A stretch of 64,000 bases of DNA from Faecousia sp. (GTDB lineage Bacteria > Bacillota > Clostridia > Oscillospirales > Oscillospiraceae): the NCBI GenBank assembly GCA_045576715.1, contig JAZNHB010000038.1, positions 8,100-72,099 of the forward strand, in the 5' to 3' direction. This document shows positions 29,161 through 39,270 of this stretch, in pieces (the stretch's first letter is position 1; every line of letters begins with the position of its first letter). The position numbers and the translations under genes are program-made. Below the pieces are notes generated by a model. The model was not told where the DNA came from. It made no database searches and was given only the letters and a program-made list of their open reading frames with translations.

Positions 29161-31032
29161 TTATCCATGCTGCTCCAGCCAGATCAGCAGCACCGCAATA
29201 TCCGCCGGACTGACACCGGAGATTCGACCGGCTTGCCCTATGGACATAGGACGGATCATCTGCAGCTTTTCTCTGGCTTCCACCCGCAAACCGCCAATGG
29301 AAAGATAGTCTATATCTGCCGGCAGCAAGCGACTTTCCTCCTTGCGGAACTGCTGTACCTGCTTTTCCTGCCGGGCCAGATAACCGGCATATTTTAGCTG
29401 GATCTGCACCTCATCCGTCACTGCTGCCACCAACGCAGGACGTTCCGGATCAAATGGCGCCAGATCCTGATACGTCACCTGGGGTCGGCGCAGAAGATCC
29501 GCAAGTCTTGCAGAACCGGCAACCGGCGCTTCGTTCCGGGCGGCAAGCATACGGTTCAGTTCATCCGATGCCGCCACGCCCTTGCTTTCCAGCCGGGCGA
29601 TCTCCTGCTGCACCGCCGCATATTTCTCCTGCACTTGGCGCAGACGCTGCTGAGGCACAAGGCCCACCCGGGCACCGATGGCAGTCAAGCGCTGGTCTGC
29701 ATTATCCTGTCGGTGGAGCAGTCGGTATTCCGAACGGCTGGTCATAATGCGGTAAGGTTCCTCTGTGCCCTTGGTCACCAAATCGTCGATCAGCGTGCCG
29801 ATATAGCTGGTATCCCGGGTAAGGATCAGCGGCTCTTTTCCCTGAATTTTCAACGCCGCATTGATACCTGCCACCAGCCCCTGTACTGCTGCCTCCTCAT
29901 AGCCGGAGCTTCCGTTAAACTGACCAGCGCCGTAAAGGCCCTGCACACACTTGGTTTCCATGGTGGGCAGCAGTTGGGTAGGGTCAACACATTCGTACTC
30001 GATGGCATAAGCAGGGCGCATCATTTCCGCATTTTCAAGGCCGGAAACGGTGCGCAGCATTTGCAGCTGCACATCCTCCGGCAAACTGCTGGAAAAACCC
30101 TGGATATACATTTCCTCCGTGTCCATACCGCAAGGCTCAATAAACAGCTGGTGGCGGCTCTTGTCCGCGAAGCGAACGATCTTTGTTTCGATACTGGGGC
30201 AGTACCTGGGGCCCACACCGCTGATCGTACCATCATACATGGGGCTGCGGTGCAGGTTATCCGTAATGATCTTATGAGTAGCTTCGTTTGTATAGGTCAG
30301 ATAGCAAACTGCCCGATTATCCGGTTTTTCCTCTGTGCGGAAGGAAAAAGGCTCCGGTTCTGCGTCACCGGGCTGCAGCTCCATTTTAGAAAAGTCAATG
30401 GAACGGCGGTTGATTCTGGGCGGTGTGCCGGTTTTGAAACGGCGCAGCTGCAAGCCCAATTCCCGTAAATTATCCGCCAAACGCACCGATGCGTGCATCC
30501 CGTCCGGACCGGAGGAGATCACCGATTCGCCAATGACAATGGTGCTGTCCAAAAACGTACCAGTGGCAATGATCGCCGCTTTTGCGTCGTACTGCGCACC
30601 CAGCTGGGTCTGCACGCCGGTGACCGTGCCGTTCTGTGTCAATATTTTCGTAATCTGCGCCTGCTTCAGCTGCAAATTTTCCTGCTGCTCCAGCGTATGC
30701 TTCATTACCTGCTGATATTGCCGGCGGTCAGCTTGCGCCCGGAGCGAATGCACCGCCGGGCCTTTGCCCCGGTTGAGCATCCGGTACTGGATGCAGGCCT
30801 TATCCGCAGCAACGCCCATCTCACCGCCCAAGGCATCCAGTTCCCGGACAAGGTGTCCTTTTCCGGTGCCGCCGATGGCAGGATTGCAGGGCATATTGCC
30901 CACAGCGTCCATATTGATGGTAAACAGGATGGTCTGCAATCCCATTCGGGCAGCAGCCAAGGCCGCCTCGATGCCTGCATGACCGGCGCCGATCACCGCA
31001 ACATCACAGCTTCCTGCGTGGTATTCCGTCAT
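29161..31032 (-). CDS. mnmG: tRNA uridine-5-carboxymethylaminomethyl(34) synthesis enzyme
   Basis: '[10 protein letters not shown]', 'CNPAIGG', 'RFKTGTPPR', 'GPRYCPSIE', 'GYEEAA'. Confidence 0.98.
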   Translation of the reverse strand: MTEYHAGSCDVAVIGAGHAGIEAALAAARMGLQTILFTINMDAVGNMPCNPAIGGTGKGHLVRELDALGGEMGVAADKACIQYRMLNRGKGPAVHSLRAQADRRQYQQVMKHTLEQQENLQLKQAQITKILTQNGTVTGVQTQLGAQYDAKAAIIATGTFLDSTIVIGESVISSGPDGMHASVRLADNLRELGLQLRRFKTGTPPRINRRSIDFSKMELQPGDAEPEPFSFRTEEKPDNRAVCYLTYTNEATHKIITDNLHRSPMYDGTISGVGPRYCPSIETKIVRFADKSRHQLFIEPCGMDTEEMYIQGFSSSLPEDVQLQMLRTVSGLENAEMMRPAYAIEYECVDPTQLLPTMETKCVQGLYGAGQFNGSSGYEEAAVQGLVAGINAALKIQGKEPLILTRDTSYIGTLIDDLVTKGTEEPYRIMTSRSEYRLLHRQDNADQRLTAIGARVGLVPQQRLRQVQEKYAAVQQEIARLESKGVAASDELNRMLAARNEAPVAGSARLADLLRRPQVTYQDLAPFDPERPALVAAVTDEVQIQLKYAGYLARQEKQVQQFRKEESRLLPADIDYLSIGGLRVEAREKLQMIRPMSIGQAGRISGVSPADIAVLLIWLEQHG

Positions 31033-31712
31033 AGATCTTCCTCTTTTTTCTTTTTCTCTTCCGGGGGCAGCACAAAGGGCTTGCAAACCACCTCACAGCG
31101 GTTAATAGGCGTGCCCAATGCGTGAAATTTCTCCTCATAACCGGTCATAATGCCCACAATGCCGTTTTCATGCAGATTGTTGGTCAGGTTGTTCACCTGC
31201 AGACCGCAGGCGGCAAACTCCTCCATAGAAAACTGGAACAGCGGCGCATTGTCCGTCTTAAAATGGAACTCGCCGCCGATTTTCACCACCCGGCAGTACT
31301 TATCCAAAAAGCCCCTGTGGGTCAGTCGGCGCTTGGCATTTTTCTTCCGGGGCCAGGGATCGGGGAAGTTGATGAACAACCGGTCGATTTCCTCTTTTTC
31401 AAAGATCTGCTCGATCTTTTCTACATCCATATCAATAAAGAATACATTTTGCAGTTCCATGGATTTGGCTTTTTCCATTGCCACTACCATCGCTTCCCGG
31501 CAACGCTCTACAGCAATCAGCAGCACATCCGGATTTGCCGCAGCGGTTTCGGCGGTGAATTTACCCTTACCGCAGCCCACTTCTACCCAAAGGGCAGCCG
31601 CATCCGGCTTTAGCGAGCGCCACTCGCCTTTTTTCTCCTCCGGCACCGCGATGCGGTAAGATGCGCATTTTTCCATTCGCGGCTCCAGATTCTTCATTCT
31701 TCTCATCCGCAT
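31029..31712 (-). CDS. trmB: tRNA (guanine-N7)-methyltransferase
   Basis: 'EVGCGKGKF', '[14 protein letters not shown]', 'FKTDN', 'TGYEEKF'. Confidence 0.96.
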   Translation of the reverse strand: MRMRRMKNLEPRMEKCASYRIAVPEEKKGEWRSLKPDAAALWVEVGCGKGKFTAETAAANPDVLLIAVERCREAMVVAMEKAKSMELQNVFFIDMDVEKIEQIFEKEEIDRLFINFPDPWPRKKNAKRRLTHRGFLDKYCRVVKIGGEFHFKTDNAPLFQFSMEEFAACGLQVNNLTNNLHENGIVGIMTGYEEKFHALGTPINRCEVVCKPFVLPPEEKKKKEEDL

Positions 31713-31862
31713 AAATTTTCCCCCAACAAGCAAATTTTTAATATTATAACAAATTAGCCTGCAATTCTCAACTCTCAATTCTCAATTTTTATCCCCTCCC
31801 GGGGCTTGCAAGGAATCGAAAAATCGGTTATAATGGCAAAAACACGAAAAGGAGGGCGCATT

Positions 31863-32198
31863 ATGGCAGACCATCATCACCACGAACACGACCACGCCTA
31901 TATGCACGCCCACGGCATTGCCCACTCCCATGGGCATGTCCACGAAAATCAAAAAGCGGTCATCAACCGCCTTGCCCGGGCCATGGGTCACTTGGAGAAA
32001 GTCAAGCGCATGGTGGAGCAGGGGTATGACTGTTCTGAAGTGCTGGTGCAGCTTGCCGCTGTCCGTTCTGCTCTGGACAATACCGGCAAAGTGATTTTGA
32101 AAGATCATATGCGCCACTGCATGGTAGACGCGGTGGCCGCCGGCGACGAGGACGCTATCGACGATCTGTGCGCCGCCATTGATAAATTCATGAAATAA
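31863..32198 (+). CDS. CsoR/RcnR-family metal-sensing repressor with His-rich N-terminus
   Basis: 'INRLARAMGHL..VKRMVE..YDC.EVLVQLAAVRSAL...HMRHC'; His-rich tail; TTGCAA-17-TATAAT upstream. Confidence 0.9.
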   Translation: MADHHHHEHDHAYMHAHGIAHSHGHVHENQKAVINRLARAMGHLEKVKRMVEQGYDCSEVLVQLAAVRSALDNTGKVILKDHMRHCMVDAVAAGDEDAIDDLCAAIDKFMK

Positions 32199-32235
32199 AA
32201 ATGCCGCTGCTGATGCAGCGGCATTATGTAATCGT

Positions 32236-32571
32236 TTACTGCGCGGTTGCAAGCTTGTTCAGGTCGTTCTGCAGCATGCAGTATCCCACAATGCCCAAGC
32301 CAACCAGACCGAGAATCAAGTACAAGATGGAATTATCCGTGTGGGCAATGCCTTTCTCGGCGCAACCCTCTGCCAGCTTCTTCTCACACAGGAAGATGCC
32401 CAGGAAGGGAATAAACAACATCAAAACGATCTCCAGAATGCCACTATCGGAGGCATCCTTAACAGAAACGGACTCCTTTGCCAGCATAATCATCCAGTAA
32501 ATGCCGTAAATGCCGCAGGTAATGATGGTTAACAGAATGCAGGTAACAATATTTCTTTCTTTGATAGCCAT
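32236..32571 (-). CDS. DUF4234-like membrane protein
   Basis: 'CILLTIITCGIYGIYW' and 'QNDLN' signature. Confidence 0.75.
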   Translation of the reverse strand: MAIKERNIVTCILLTIITCGIYGIYWMIMLAKESVSVKDASDSGILEIVLMLFIPFLGIFLCEKKLAEGCAEKGIAHTDNSILYLILGLVGLGIVGYCMLQNDLNKLATAQ

Positions 32572-32692
32572 GATATCATAGCCCCCCCTTCAAATTTATT
32601 ATAGCACCAAAATTCCTCCTGTGTCAACATATTTTTCATCTCACAAGGACATTTGTGCGCTATCGACACACATATATTTTACGGAGTGTTCC

Positions 32693-33076
32693 ATGAAAAA
32701 ATTACTTCCCTCCCGCCGGCACAAGATCGTTCTTTTATGGGCGCTGGCCGTCGGTGCTACCACCGGCATTTTTTATATCTTGGCGCAGCACGGCATCGGT
32801 ATCCCCTGTGCGTTTCGCAGTATCACCGGTTTGGAATGTCCCGGATGTGGAAATACCAGAGCTGCCTTTGCCCTGTTGCAACTGGATATCGCCGCAGCCT
32901 TTGGATATAACCCTATGTTTTTTGTGGAATTTTTCTATATGGCATGGGTTTTATTTCACTGCCTCCGATCATATCTGAATGGCAATGCTTTTCAATACAA
33001 GCCGCCTTTTCCACTTATGGACGCGATAATTTTGATCACCATCGCTGCATGGTGGCCCATTCGCAATTTGTTGTAA
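32693..33076 (+). CDS. DUF2752-like membrane protein
   Basis: 'PCAFRSITGLECPGCGNTRA...AFGYNP'. Confidence 0.8.
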   Translation: MKKLLPSRRHKIVLLWALAVGATTGIFYILAQHGIGIPCAFRSITGLECPGCGNTRAAFALLQLDIAAAFGYNPMFFVEFFYMAWVLFHCLRSYLNGNAFQYKPPFPLMDAIILITIAAWWPIRNLL

Positions 33077-33110
33077 AAACAAGCGCCCCGTAGCCGGGGC
33101 GCTTGTTTTT
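33074..33110. terminator. Bidirectional rho-independent terminator
   Basis: AAAAACAAGCGCCCCG-tagc-CGGGGCGCTTGTTTTT. Confidence 0.8.
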
Positions 33111-33115
33111 CTTCA

Positions 33116-33172
33116 TTGGCCTTGCCAAAGTAAAACCCCTGCTATGCAGGGGGTTTACTTTGGCAAGGCCAA
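33116..33172. repeat. Near-perfect palindrome with 27-bp arms
   Basis: TTGGCCTTGCCAAAGTAAAACCCCTGC-tat-GCAGGGGGTTTACTTTGGCAAGGCCAA, one mismatch. Confidence 0.85.
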
Positions 33173-33232
33173 CAGAAGAATCCCCACAGCTATCTCATAG
33201 GGAGCTGGCTGTGGGGATTCATCTTAAGTGAT

Positions 33233-34798
33233 TTATAGTTCAGGGGGAATACCTTGGGCAGACCAACCACGGGCTGCGAAATATTCGCTGGGGGTACAGA
33301 TTCTTTCTTTAGCAAGCATCTTTGGCAGCTTTTCTGCATCACCGCCAAAGCGGAGCGACAGCAACTGTTCCAGCGCAAAACACCGCTCACCTACCCGGAT
33401 CAACTGTCCCGGTGTCAGTTTCAACCCAGAAACAGCATATAAAATCTTCGTCTGCCAGAAAAGAGGCAGCGGAATACTCAGAGTTTCCGGTTTGCGGACA
33501 ATCCGATGCAAGAACCGGTCAGCGCGGAGCGATACGATACGGCGGATAAGCTTGCTGCGTAAGGAAACCGGTTTTGTCAGCAGTATTCCAGAGCAGAATG
33601 CGTTGACGGTGAACATACACAGGCCGGATGCGGAGAGCGCCTCGCACAGATCTAAATACAGTAGCATGCAATTCAGACGGATTTCGTCTGACATAGCATC
33701 CGGATCAAAGCCCCAGCCCCGTAACAGTGCGAGATAGCTGTCATCTCGGTTGTGGCTGTCATGGGCCGATCCTTTTTCCTTTGGTAATTTGAAGTCGTAT
33801 TTCCCGGAGAGATATTTTGCGCCTTCAGCCAGTTCTTTGCCTGCGCCACGGCGAAAAGCAATATCCTCATATAGCTGTTCCCGGGTCGGAAGATTCCAAT
33901 CAAAAACGCCCTGCGCGGAGGCTGCATATGCCCAATTGGCGGCATCTAGTGAGGAACCGGAATCCATACCCAGCCGGTTGAACAGATCTGTTTGACGATC
34001 TGCTCCTTTGGTGAACTGCCGCCGGCATAAAATGGGGCATCCGGAACAGGGTTTTGAGGTAGGTGTTCCACTGCGGCTGTTTTTGCCGGTCAAAGGGTGT
34101 GCGTGCAGCATTTGGAAGTATTTCTTGTTCAGTAAGGAAGCTTTATTCGGGTTGCGGATCGGTAGAGCCTTTGTTCCTGTAACCGTGATAGCTTTTAGGT
34201 TTTTCCACCCGAAAACGGCACCGATACCCGTTCGTCCGGATGTATGGGTTCCATCCATGATGGATGCAAACCGGACACCGTTTTCTCCGGCAGGCCCAAT
34301 ATACAGACTTCCGTGTTGACCGTCGCCCATAAAGCAGCCCAGCTGCTGACGGCAGTCATCGCAGTAAGTACCCCAAAGGCCGGCTGCATCATGGAAAATA
34401 AATTGGTCATCCCGAATCTCAAGCCAGTGGGGAGTACTGCACCGGCCGGCAAGGATCAGCGCATCGAAACCTGCCCGCTTGAGCCAAAGACCGAACTCGC
34501 CGCCGCAGTTGGAGGATACCGGTGTGTTGGTAAGAGGTGATATGGTCGTTATGTCATAACGGGAAGAACTGGGAGTGCCGGTGAGAGTTAGCGGACCGGT
34601 TGAGATTATTATCCAGTTCTCTTCCGAAAAAGCATGTTCTTTTCCTGTCAGATGATCGTAAAGGAGCTTATAGGCCATGGGTTTTCCACCAAGGTATTGT
34701 TTCCGTTCGGCGTCGCTCCAAGGATAATCCTGGACGGTTTCATCCGATAGATTAACCAGCATTACCCTTCCGGTATATCCTGCGTATGCTGTAGACAA
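33233..34798 (-). CDS. Aldehyde:ferredoxin oxidoreductase (AOR/WOR, tungstopterin) homolog, internally shortened
   Basis: 'GYTGRVMLVNLS', 'SPLT', 'LKRAGFDA', 'IGPAGEN', 'GRTGIGAVFGWKNLKAI', 'CSGCPILC', 'GMDS', 'GLCMF'. Confidence 0.85.
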   Translation of the reverse strand: MSTAYAGYTGRVMLVNLSDETVQDYPWSDAERKQYLGGKPMAYKLLYDHLTGKEHAFSEENWIIISTGPLTLTGTPSSSRYDITTISPLTNTPVSSNCGGEFGLWLKRAGFDALILAGRCSTPHWLEIRDDQFIFHDAAGLWGTYCDDCRQQLGCFMGDGQHGSLYIGPAGENGVRFASIMDGTHTSGRTGIGAVFGWKNLKAITVTGTKALPIRNPNKASLLNKKYFQMLHAHPLTGKNSRSGTPTSKPCSGCPILCRRQFTKGADRQTDLFNRLGMDSGSSLDAANWAYAASAQGVFDWNLPTREQLYEDIAFRRGAGKELAEGAKYLSGKYDFKLPKEKGSAHDSHNRDDSYLALLRGWGFDPDAMSDEIRLNCMLLYLDLCEALSASGLCMFTVNAFCSGILLTKPVSLRSKLIRRIVSLRADRFLHRIVRKPETLSIPLPLFWQTKILYAVSGLKLTPGQLIRVGERCFALEQLLSLRFGGDAEKLPKMLAKERICTPSEYFAARGWSAQGIPPEL

Positions 34799-34893
34799 GT
34801 TACCACCTCCCGCTATTTACTACGGATATTATAATTCCGGGGATCGGTTTTTGCAATCATTATTCGAAAGCGGTATGATAGGCGAAAGACTTG

Positions 34894-34922
34894 TTGACAC
34901 TGAATCCAAAATGCAGTATTAT
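34894..34922 (+). promoter_or_regulatory. sigmaA promoter of the moe/moa operon
   Basis: TTGACA-17 bp-TATTAT just upstream of the riboswitch. Confidence 0.7.
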
Positions 34923-34940
34923 TTAACTGACAAATGAATA

Positions 34941-35035
34941 ACATTCGACCTGCTTTTTCTAAGGAGAAATCTATGAAATGCCAGGCGTTAGGGTCAAGCC
35001 GGAAACAGCTTGGCCTCCCAGTGCGGTAAGAATGT
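34941..35035 (+). ncRNA. Molybdenum/tungsten-cofactor (Moco/Tuco) riboswitch, P3-less variant
   Basis: P1 ACATTC/GAATGT; tetraloop receptor CTAAG...TATG in P2; AGGGT-CAAGC..GGAAAC..GCTTG-GCCTCCC; upstream of moeA. Confidence 0.8.
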
Positions 35036-35151
35036 GATGGATACATGATAGGGACGGTTTTGCCTTTGCGACCGCCCCTGGTACGACTGCACTTTTTGCA
35101 GTCGTTTTTTTGTTTTTTGCAGTTGTAATCAGGTTATCTTGGAGGGTTACT

Positions 35152-36372
35152 ATGCTCAGTGTAAAAACGCCGGAAGAGGTTCTGGCTCTGATAAAAAACG
35201 AATTTTCTCCCATGGCAGAAATGGAGACCGTTTCTCTGTCTTCTGCCATAGGCAGAACACTGGCAGAAGATATCACAGCATCGGAATATGTGCCGGATTT
35301 TAACAGATCCACAGTGGATGGATATGCTGTGCGGGCCAGTGATACCTTTGGTTGTACAGATGCGATACCTGCTATTCTCCCTTTACAGGGCGAGGTGTTA
35401 ATGGGTCAGGGTGCGGCATTTGTTTTGGGCGGCGGGTGCTGTGTGGCGGTCCCCACCGGAGGTGCAGTGCCGGAAGGCGCTGACAGTGTGGTTATGCTGG
35501 AATACACCGAGGATTACGGTGACAGTACAATCGGCGTGCTGAAATCTGCTGCGCCCGGTCAAAATATGATCTTTCGCGGTGATGATGTTTATCCCGGCAA
35601 GGTGATCCTGCAAAAGGGCAGGGTCCTCTCCTCCAAAGACATCGGTGCTCTGGCTGCCATTGGCCGGGTGCAAGTACCGATCGTCAAAAAACTGACTGTC
35701 GGTGTGATTTCTACTGGGGACGAGCTTGTTCCGCCGAATGTTAAACCCGGTCCCGGGCAGATCCGGGATGTGAACAGCCCTATGCTGGACGCTTTATTGG
35801 CAAGTTTTGGCGTGAATGTAATCAACTACGGTATTGTAATTGACGATGAAGCCCTACTGCGGGAAACCGTAGAAAAAGCCATCGCCCAGTGTGATGCTGT
35901 GCTGCTGTCCGGTGGAAGCAGCGTAGGCGTAAAGGACGCTGCTTGCCGAATTATTGAGTCTATGGGTAGCCTTTTGCTGCATGGTATTGCCATCAAACCA
36001 GGTAAGCCTACTATTTTAGGTAAGACGGGGAATAAACCGCTGGTCGGTCTGCCCGGCCATCCGGTTGCGGCGTATTTTATCACAAAGCTGTTTGTTTTGC
36101 CCTTGTTATCACAACTTATGGGAAGAACGGAAGAGGTTTACACGACTACAGCAAGAATTACGGAAAATATAAGTGCTAACCACGGCAGAGCCCAGTATCA
36201 CTGTTGCCGTTTGGAGCGCAAAGGTGAGGAGCTTTATGCATACCCTATCCGGGGAAAATCTGGATTGATCACCACACTGGCCGGTACCGATGGCTATTTC
36301 TGTATCGACAGAGATTGTGAAGGCTTACCCCAATTTGCAGAAATTCAAGTTACGATCACACAAGGAGATTGA
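35152..36372 (+). CDS. moeA: Molybdopterin metal insertase MoeA
   Basis: 'PDFNRSTVDGYAV', 'TGGAVPEGADSVVMLE', 'STGDEL', 'KPGKP', 'GLPGHP'. Confidence 0.93.
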   Translation: MLSVKTPEEVLALIKNEFSPMAEMETVSLSSAIGRTLAEDITASEYVPDFNRSTVDGYAVRASDTFGCTDAIPAILPLQGEVLMGQGAAFVLGGGCCVAVPTGGAVPEGADSVVMLEYTEDYGDSTIGVLKSAAPGQNMIFRGDDVYPGKVILQKGRVLSSKDIGALAAIGRVQVPIVKKLTVGVISTGDELVPPNVKPGPGQIRDVNSPMLDALLASFGVNVINYGIVIDDEALLRETVEKAIAQCDAVLLSGGSSVGVKDAACRIIESMGSLLLHGIAIKPGKPTILGKTGNKPLVGLPGHPVAAYFITKLFVLPLLSQLMGRTEEVYTTTARITENISANHGRAQYHCCRLERKGEELYAYPIRGKSGLITTLAGTDGYFCIDRDCEGLPQFAEIQVTITQGD

Positions 36373-36376
36373 TTCT

Positions 36377-38287
36377 ATGGGATTTGCGTATTTAACCAAT
36401 ATTCCTTTGGAAAAAGCAAGGGAAGACTATATCGAGTTGATGAAAAGCCATGGCTATGGCCCTAAGACGGAAGTAATTCCTGTGTGGGATGCCTGTGGAC
36501 GGGTCACCGCCCATGCGGTCTATGCCCACATTTGCGCGCCCCACTACGCTGCCAGCGCTATGGACGGTGTTGCGGTAAACGCCAGAGACACCTTTGGCGC
36601 AACGGAAACAACCCCGATCCAGCTGCAGCCCTATCAATATATCGTGCTGGATACCGGTGATCCCATCCCCGAAAACTGTGATGCCGTGATCATGGTGGAA
36701 GATATTGTCAAAAACGAAGACGGCTCCATTACCATCCACGACGCTGCAGCTCCATGGCAGCATATCCGCCAAATCGGTGAAGACATTTGTGCCGGAGAAA
36801 TGATCCTTTCTTCTCATATGCCGGTTTCACCTGCTGCCATTGGTGCAATGATTGCCGGTGGTGTGCTGGAGGTGGAAGTGATCCGAAAGCCGATCGTTGG
36901 TATTATCCCTACCGGCGATGAGATCATTCCGCCTTGTACGGATCCGAAACCCGGCGATATTTTGGAGTTCAACGGATCCATCTTCTCCTCTATGGTACGC
37001 CAGTGGGGTGCTGAAGCAAAAGTGTACCCCATTGTTCCCGACAAATTTCAGCTGATTAAAAATGCTGTGGCGCAAGCAGCCGGGGAATGTGATCTTGTGA
37101 TTCTGAATGCCGGTTCCTCTGCCGGCCGGGAAGATTTCTCTGCGCAGGTCCTCCGCCAGCTAGGTGAAGTACTGTATCACGGCATTGCTATGAAACCCGG
37201 AAAACCTGCAATTTTAGGCTGTCAGGGTGCTACACCAATTTTGGGTGTACCCGGTTATCCCGTTTCCGGTATTATCGTCATTGAGCAGCTGCTGAAGCCT
37301 TTGATTGACCATTGGTTGAAAGTGCCTGCTGCACCAAGTGTATATGCCAAAGCAATTCTCACCCGCCCGGTTGTATCGGGTCTGAAATACCAAGAATTTG
37401 TTCGTGTGCGCCTGGGCTATGTGGGTGACAGATTGATGGCCTCTCCTTTGAGCCGCGGCAGCGGTGTGGTTTCTTCTTTCATGAAAGCCGATGGTATTCT
37501 GGAAGTGCCCCAAGGTCTGGAGGGTTATGAAGCAGGCAGTGAAGTGACTGTCCGGCTGCTCTGCTCCCAAGAAAAGCTGAAAAATACGGTTGTTGTCATC
37601 GGCAGCCATGACCCTTTGCTGGATGAACTGGGCGATATGCTGCATGTTGCCGATTCCGGTGTTTATTTGACATCCTCTCATGTAGGTTCCATGGGTGGTA
37701 TCATGGCTATTCGCCGTGGGGAAGCGCACGCCGCAGGCTGCCATTTGCTGGACACCGTTACCGGTGAATACAACCTCTCCTTTATCCACAAGTATTTCCC
37801 CAACGGTGGCGTGAAGCTGATCCGCTGTGTGGGCCGTCAGCAAGGCATGATGGTGGCAAAAGGCAATCCTTTGAATATCCAAAAGTTTTCTGACATTGCA
37901 CGGGAGGGCATCCGCTATGTCAACCGTCAGAAGGGTTCCGGTACCCGGATTCTGACAGATTATCTGTGCAGCCAGGAGAATCTGGATACTGCCGCTATTT
38001 ACGGCTATGACCGGGAAGAACTGACCCATACCTCCGTGGCAGCGCAGATTGTCAGCGGTAGCGCTGATGCCGGCATGGGTATCTATTCTGCTGCAAATCT
38101 GTACGGACTGGACTTCATTCCCATCTGTATTGAGGAATATGATCTGCTGATTCCTGACCATGCGTGGGCTACGCCTCAGATTCAGCAGATGATTGCTACC
38201 ATGAAGAGCGATGCTTTCAAAGAGAAAATCCTCTCCTTGGGCGGTTATACCGTAGACGGTTGCGGTGAAATCATTCCGTTGGATTGA
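36377..38287 (+). CDS. moeA: MoeA fused to a C-terminal periplasmic-binding-like (PBP/LysR-substrate) domain
   Basis: 'SAMDGVAV', 'PTGDE', 'SSAGREDF', then 'GSHD', 'VGSMGG', 'NRQKGSGTR'. Confidence 0.9.
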   Translation: MGFAYLTNIPLEKAREDYIELMKSHGYGPKTEVIPVWDACGRVTAHAVYAHICAPHYAASAMDGVAVNARDTFGATETTPIQLQPYQYIVLDTGDPIPENCDAVIMVEDIVKNEDGSITIHDAAAPWQHIRQIGEDICAGEMILSSHMPVSPAAIGAMIAGGVLEVEVIRKPIVGIIPTGDEIIPPCTDPKPGDILEFNGSIFSSMVRQWGAEAKVYPIVPDKFQLIKNAVAQAAGECDLVILNAGSSAGREDFSAQVLRQLGEVLYHGIAMKPGKPAILGCQGATPILGVPGYPVSGIIVIEQLLKPLIDHWLKVPAAPSVYAKAILTRPVVSGLKYQEFVRVRLGYVGDRLMASPLSRGSGVVSSFMKADGILEVPQGLEGYEAGSEVTVRLLCSQEKLKNTVVVIGSHDPLLDELGDMLHVADSGVYLTSSHVGSMGGIMAIRRGEAHAAGCHLLDTVTGEYNLSFIHKYFPNGGVKLIRCVGRQQGMMVAKGNPLNIQKFSDIAREGIRYVNRQKGSGTRILTDYLCSQENLDTAAIYGYDREELTHTSVAAQIVSGSADAGMGIYSAANLYGLDFIPICIEEYDLLIPDHAWATPQIQQMIATMKSDAFKEKILSLGGYTVDGCGEIIPLD

Positions 38288-38313
38288 TAACCCTAAAATA
38301 ACGAGGTGAGTTT

Positions 38314-39267
38314 ATGGTTGATCGGCTGGGCCGTGATATTACTTATCTTCGCATTTCTGTTACAGATAAGTGCAATCTGCGTTGCCGGTATTGTATGCCG
38401 GAAGAAGGTGTTTGCAAAAAGAGTCATTCAGAAATGCTGACAGAGGACGAGATCATCACCGCTGTGGAAGCTGCTGCGTCTTTGGGCATCACCAAGCTGC
38501 GGTTTACCGGCGGAGAACCTCTGGTAAAAAAGAACATCGTTTCAATCTGCCGCAGAGCTGCTGCGGTAAATGGCATCCGGGAGGTTTGCCTTACCACCAA
38601 CGGCATACGCCTGCGGTCGTTAGCCGGACCGCTGAAGGAAGCCGGTGTGAAGCGGCTGAATTTAAGTTTGGATACATTGAATGAGGAAAAGTATGCCAAC
38701 ATCACCCGTGTGGGCAAGCTGGAAGCATTCCGGACAGGTCTGGATGCCGCACTGGAGGCGGGTTTTGAGAAAATAAAAATCAATTCCGTGTTGATTGGCG
38801 GCTTTAACGAGGAGGACATTCCGCAGTTGGCGGAACTGACCAGGCAGTATCCTGTAGATATGCGCTTCATTGAGATGATGCCCATGTATGACAGCGGTGA
38901 TTTTGACGAAAAGGCCTTCATTCCCTGCACCCGTGTTCTTGATTATCTGCCGGATGCTGTCCCTGTAGGAGAAGATGACGGCGTCGCTAAGCTGTACCGC
39001 TTGCCGGATGCCAAAGGAAATATAGGTCTTATCAGCCCGGTTAGTGCCCATTTCTGCGGCTGCTGCAATCGGATTCGTCTGACAGCCGATGGCAAGGTGA
39101 AGCCGTGCCTGCACAGCAGCGACGAGTATTCCCTGAAGGGTTTGGACTTTTCCGGAATGCAGCGTGTGCTAAAGGAAGCCGTTTGGAACAAACCCGCTTG
39201 GCATGGGGATTTGGATGCGCTGCACAGAAGCCAGGCAGGACGAAACATGAATCAAATAGGAGGCTGA
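38314..39267 (+). CDS. moaA: GTP 3',8-cyclase (radical SAM)
   Basis: 'YLRISVTDKCNLRCRYCMP', 'FCGCCNRIRLTADG', C-terminal 'MNQIGG'. Confidence 0.97.
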   Translation: MVDRLGRDITYLRISVTDKCNLRCRYCMPEEGVCKKSHSEMLTEDEIITAVEAAASLGITKLRFTGGEPLVKKNIVSICRRAAAVNGIREVCLTTNGIRLRSLAGPLKEAGVKRLNLSLDTLNEEKYANITRVGKLEAFRTGLDAALEAGFEKIKINSVLIGGFNEEDIPQLAELTRQYPVDMRFIEMMPMYDSGDFDEKAFIPCTRVLDYLPDAVPVGEDDGVAKLYRLPDAKGNIGLISPVSAHFCGCCNRIRLTADGKVKPCLHSSDEYSLKGLDFSGMQRVLKEAVWNKPAWHGDLDALHRSQAGRNMNQIGG

Positions 39268-39270
39268 ACG

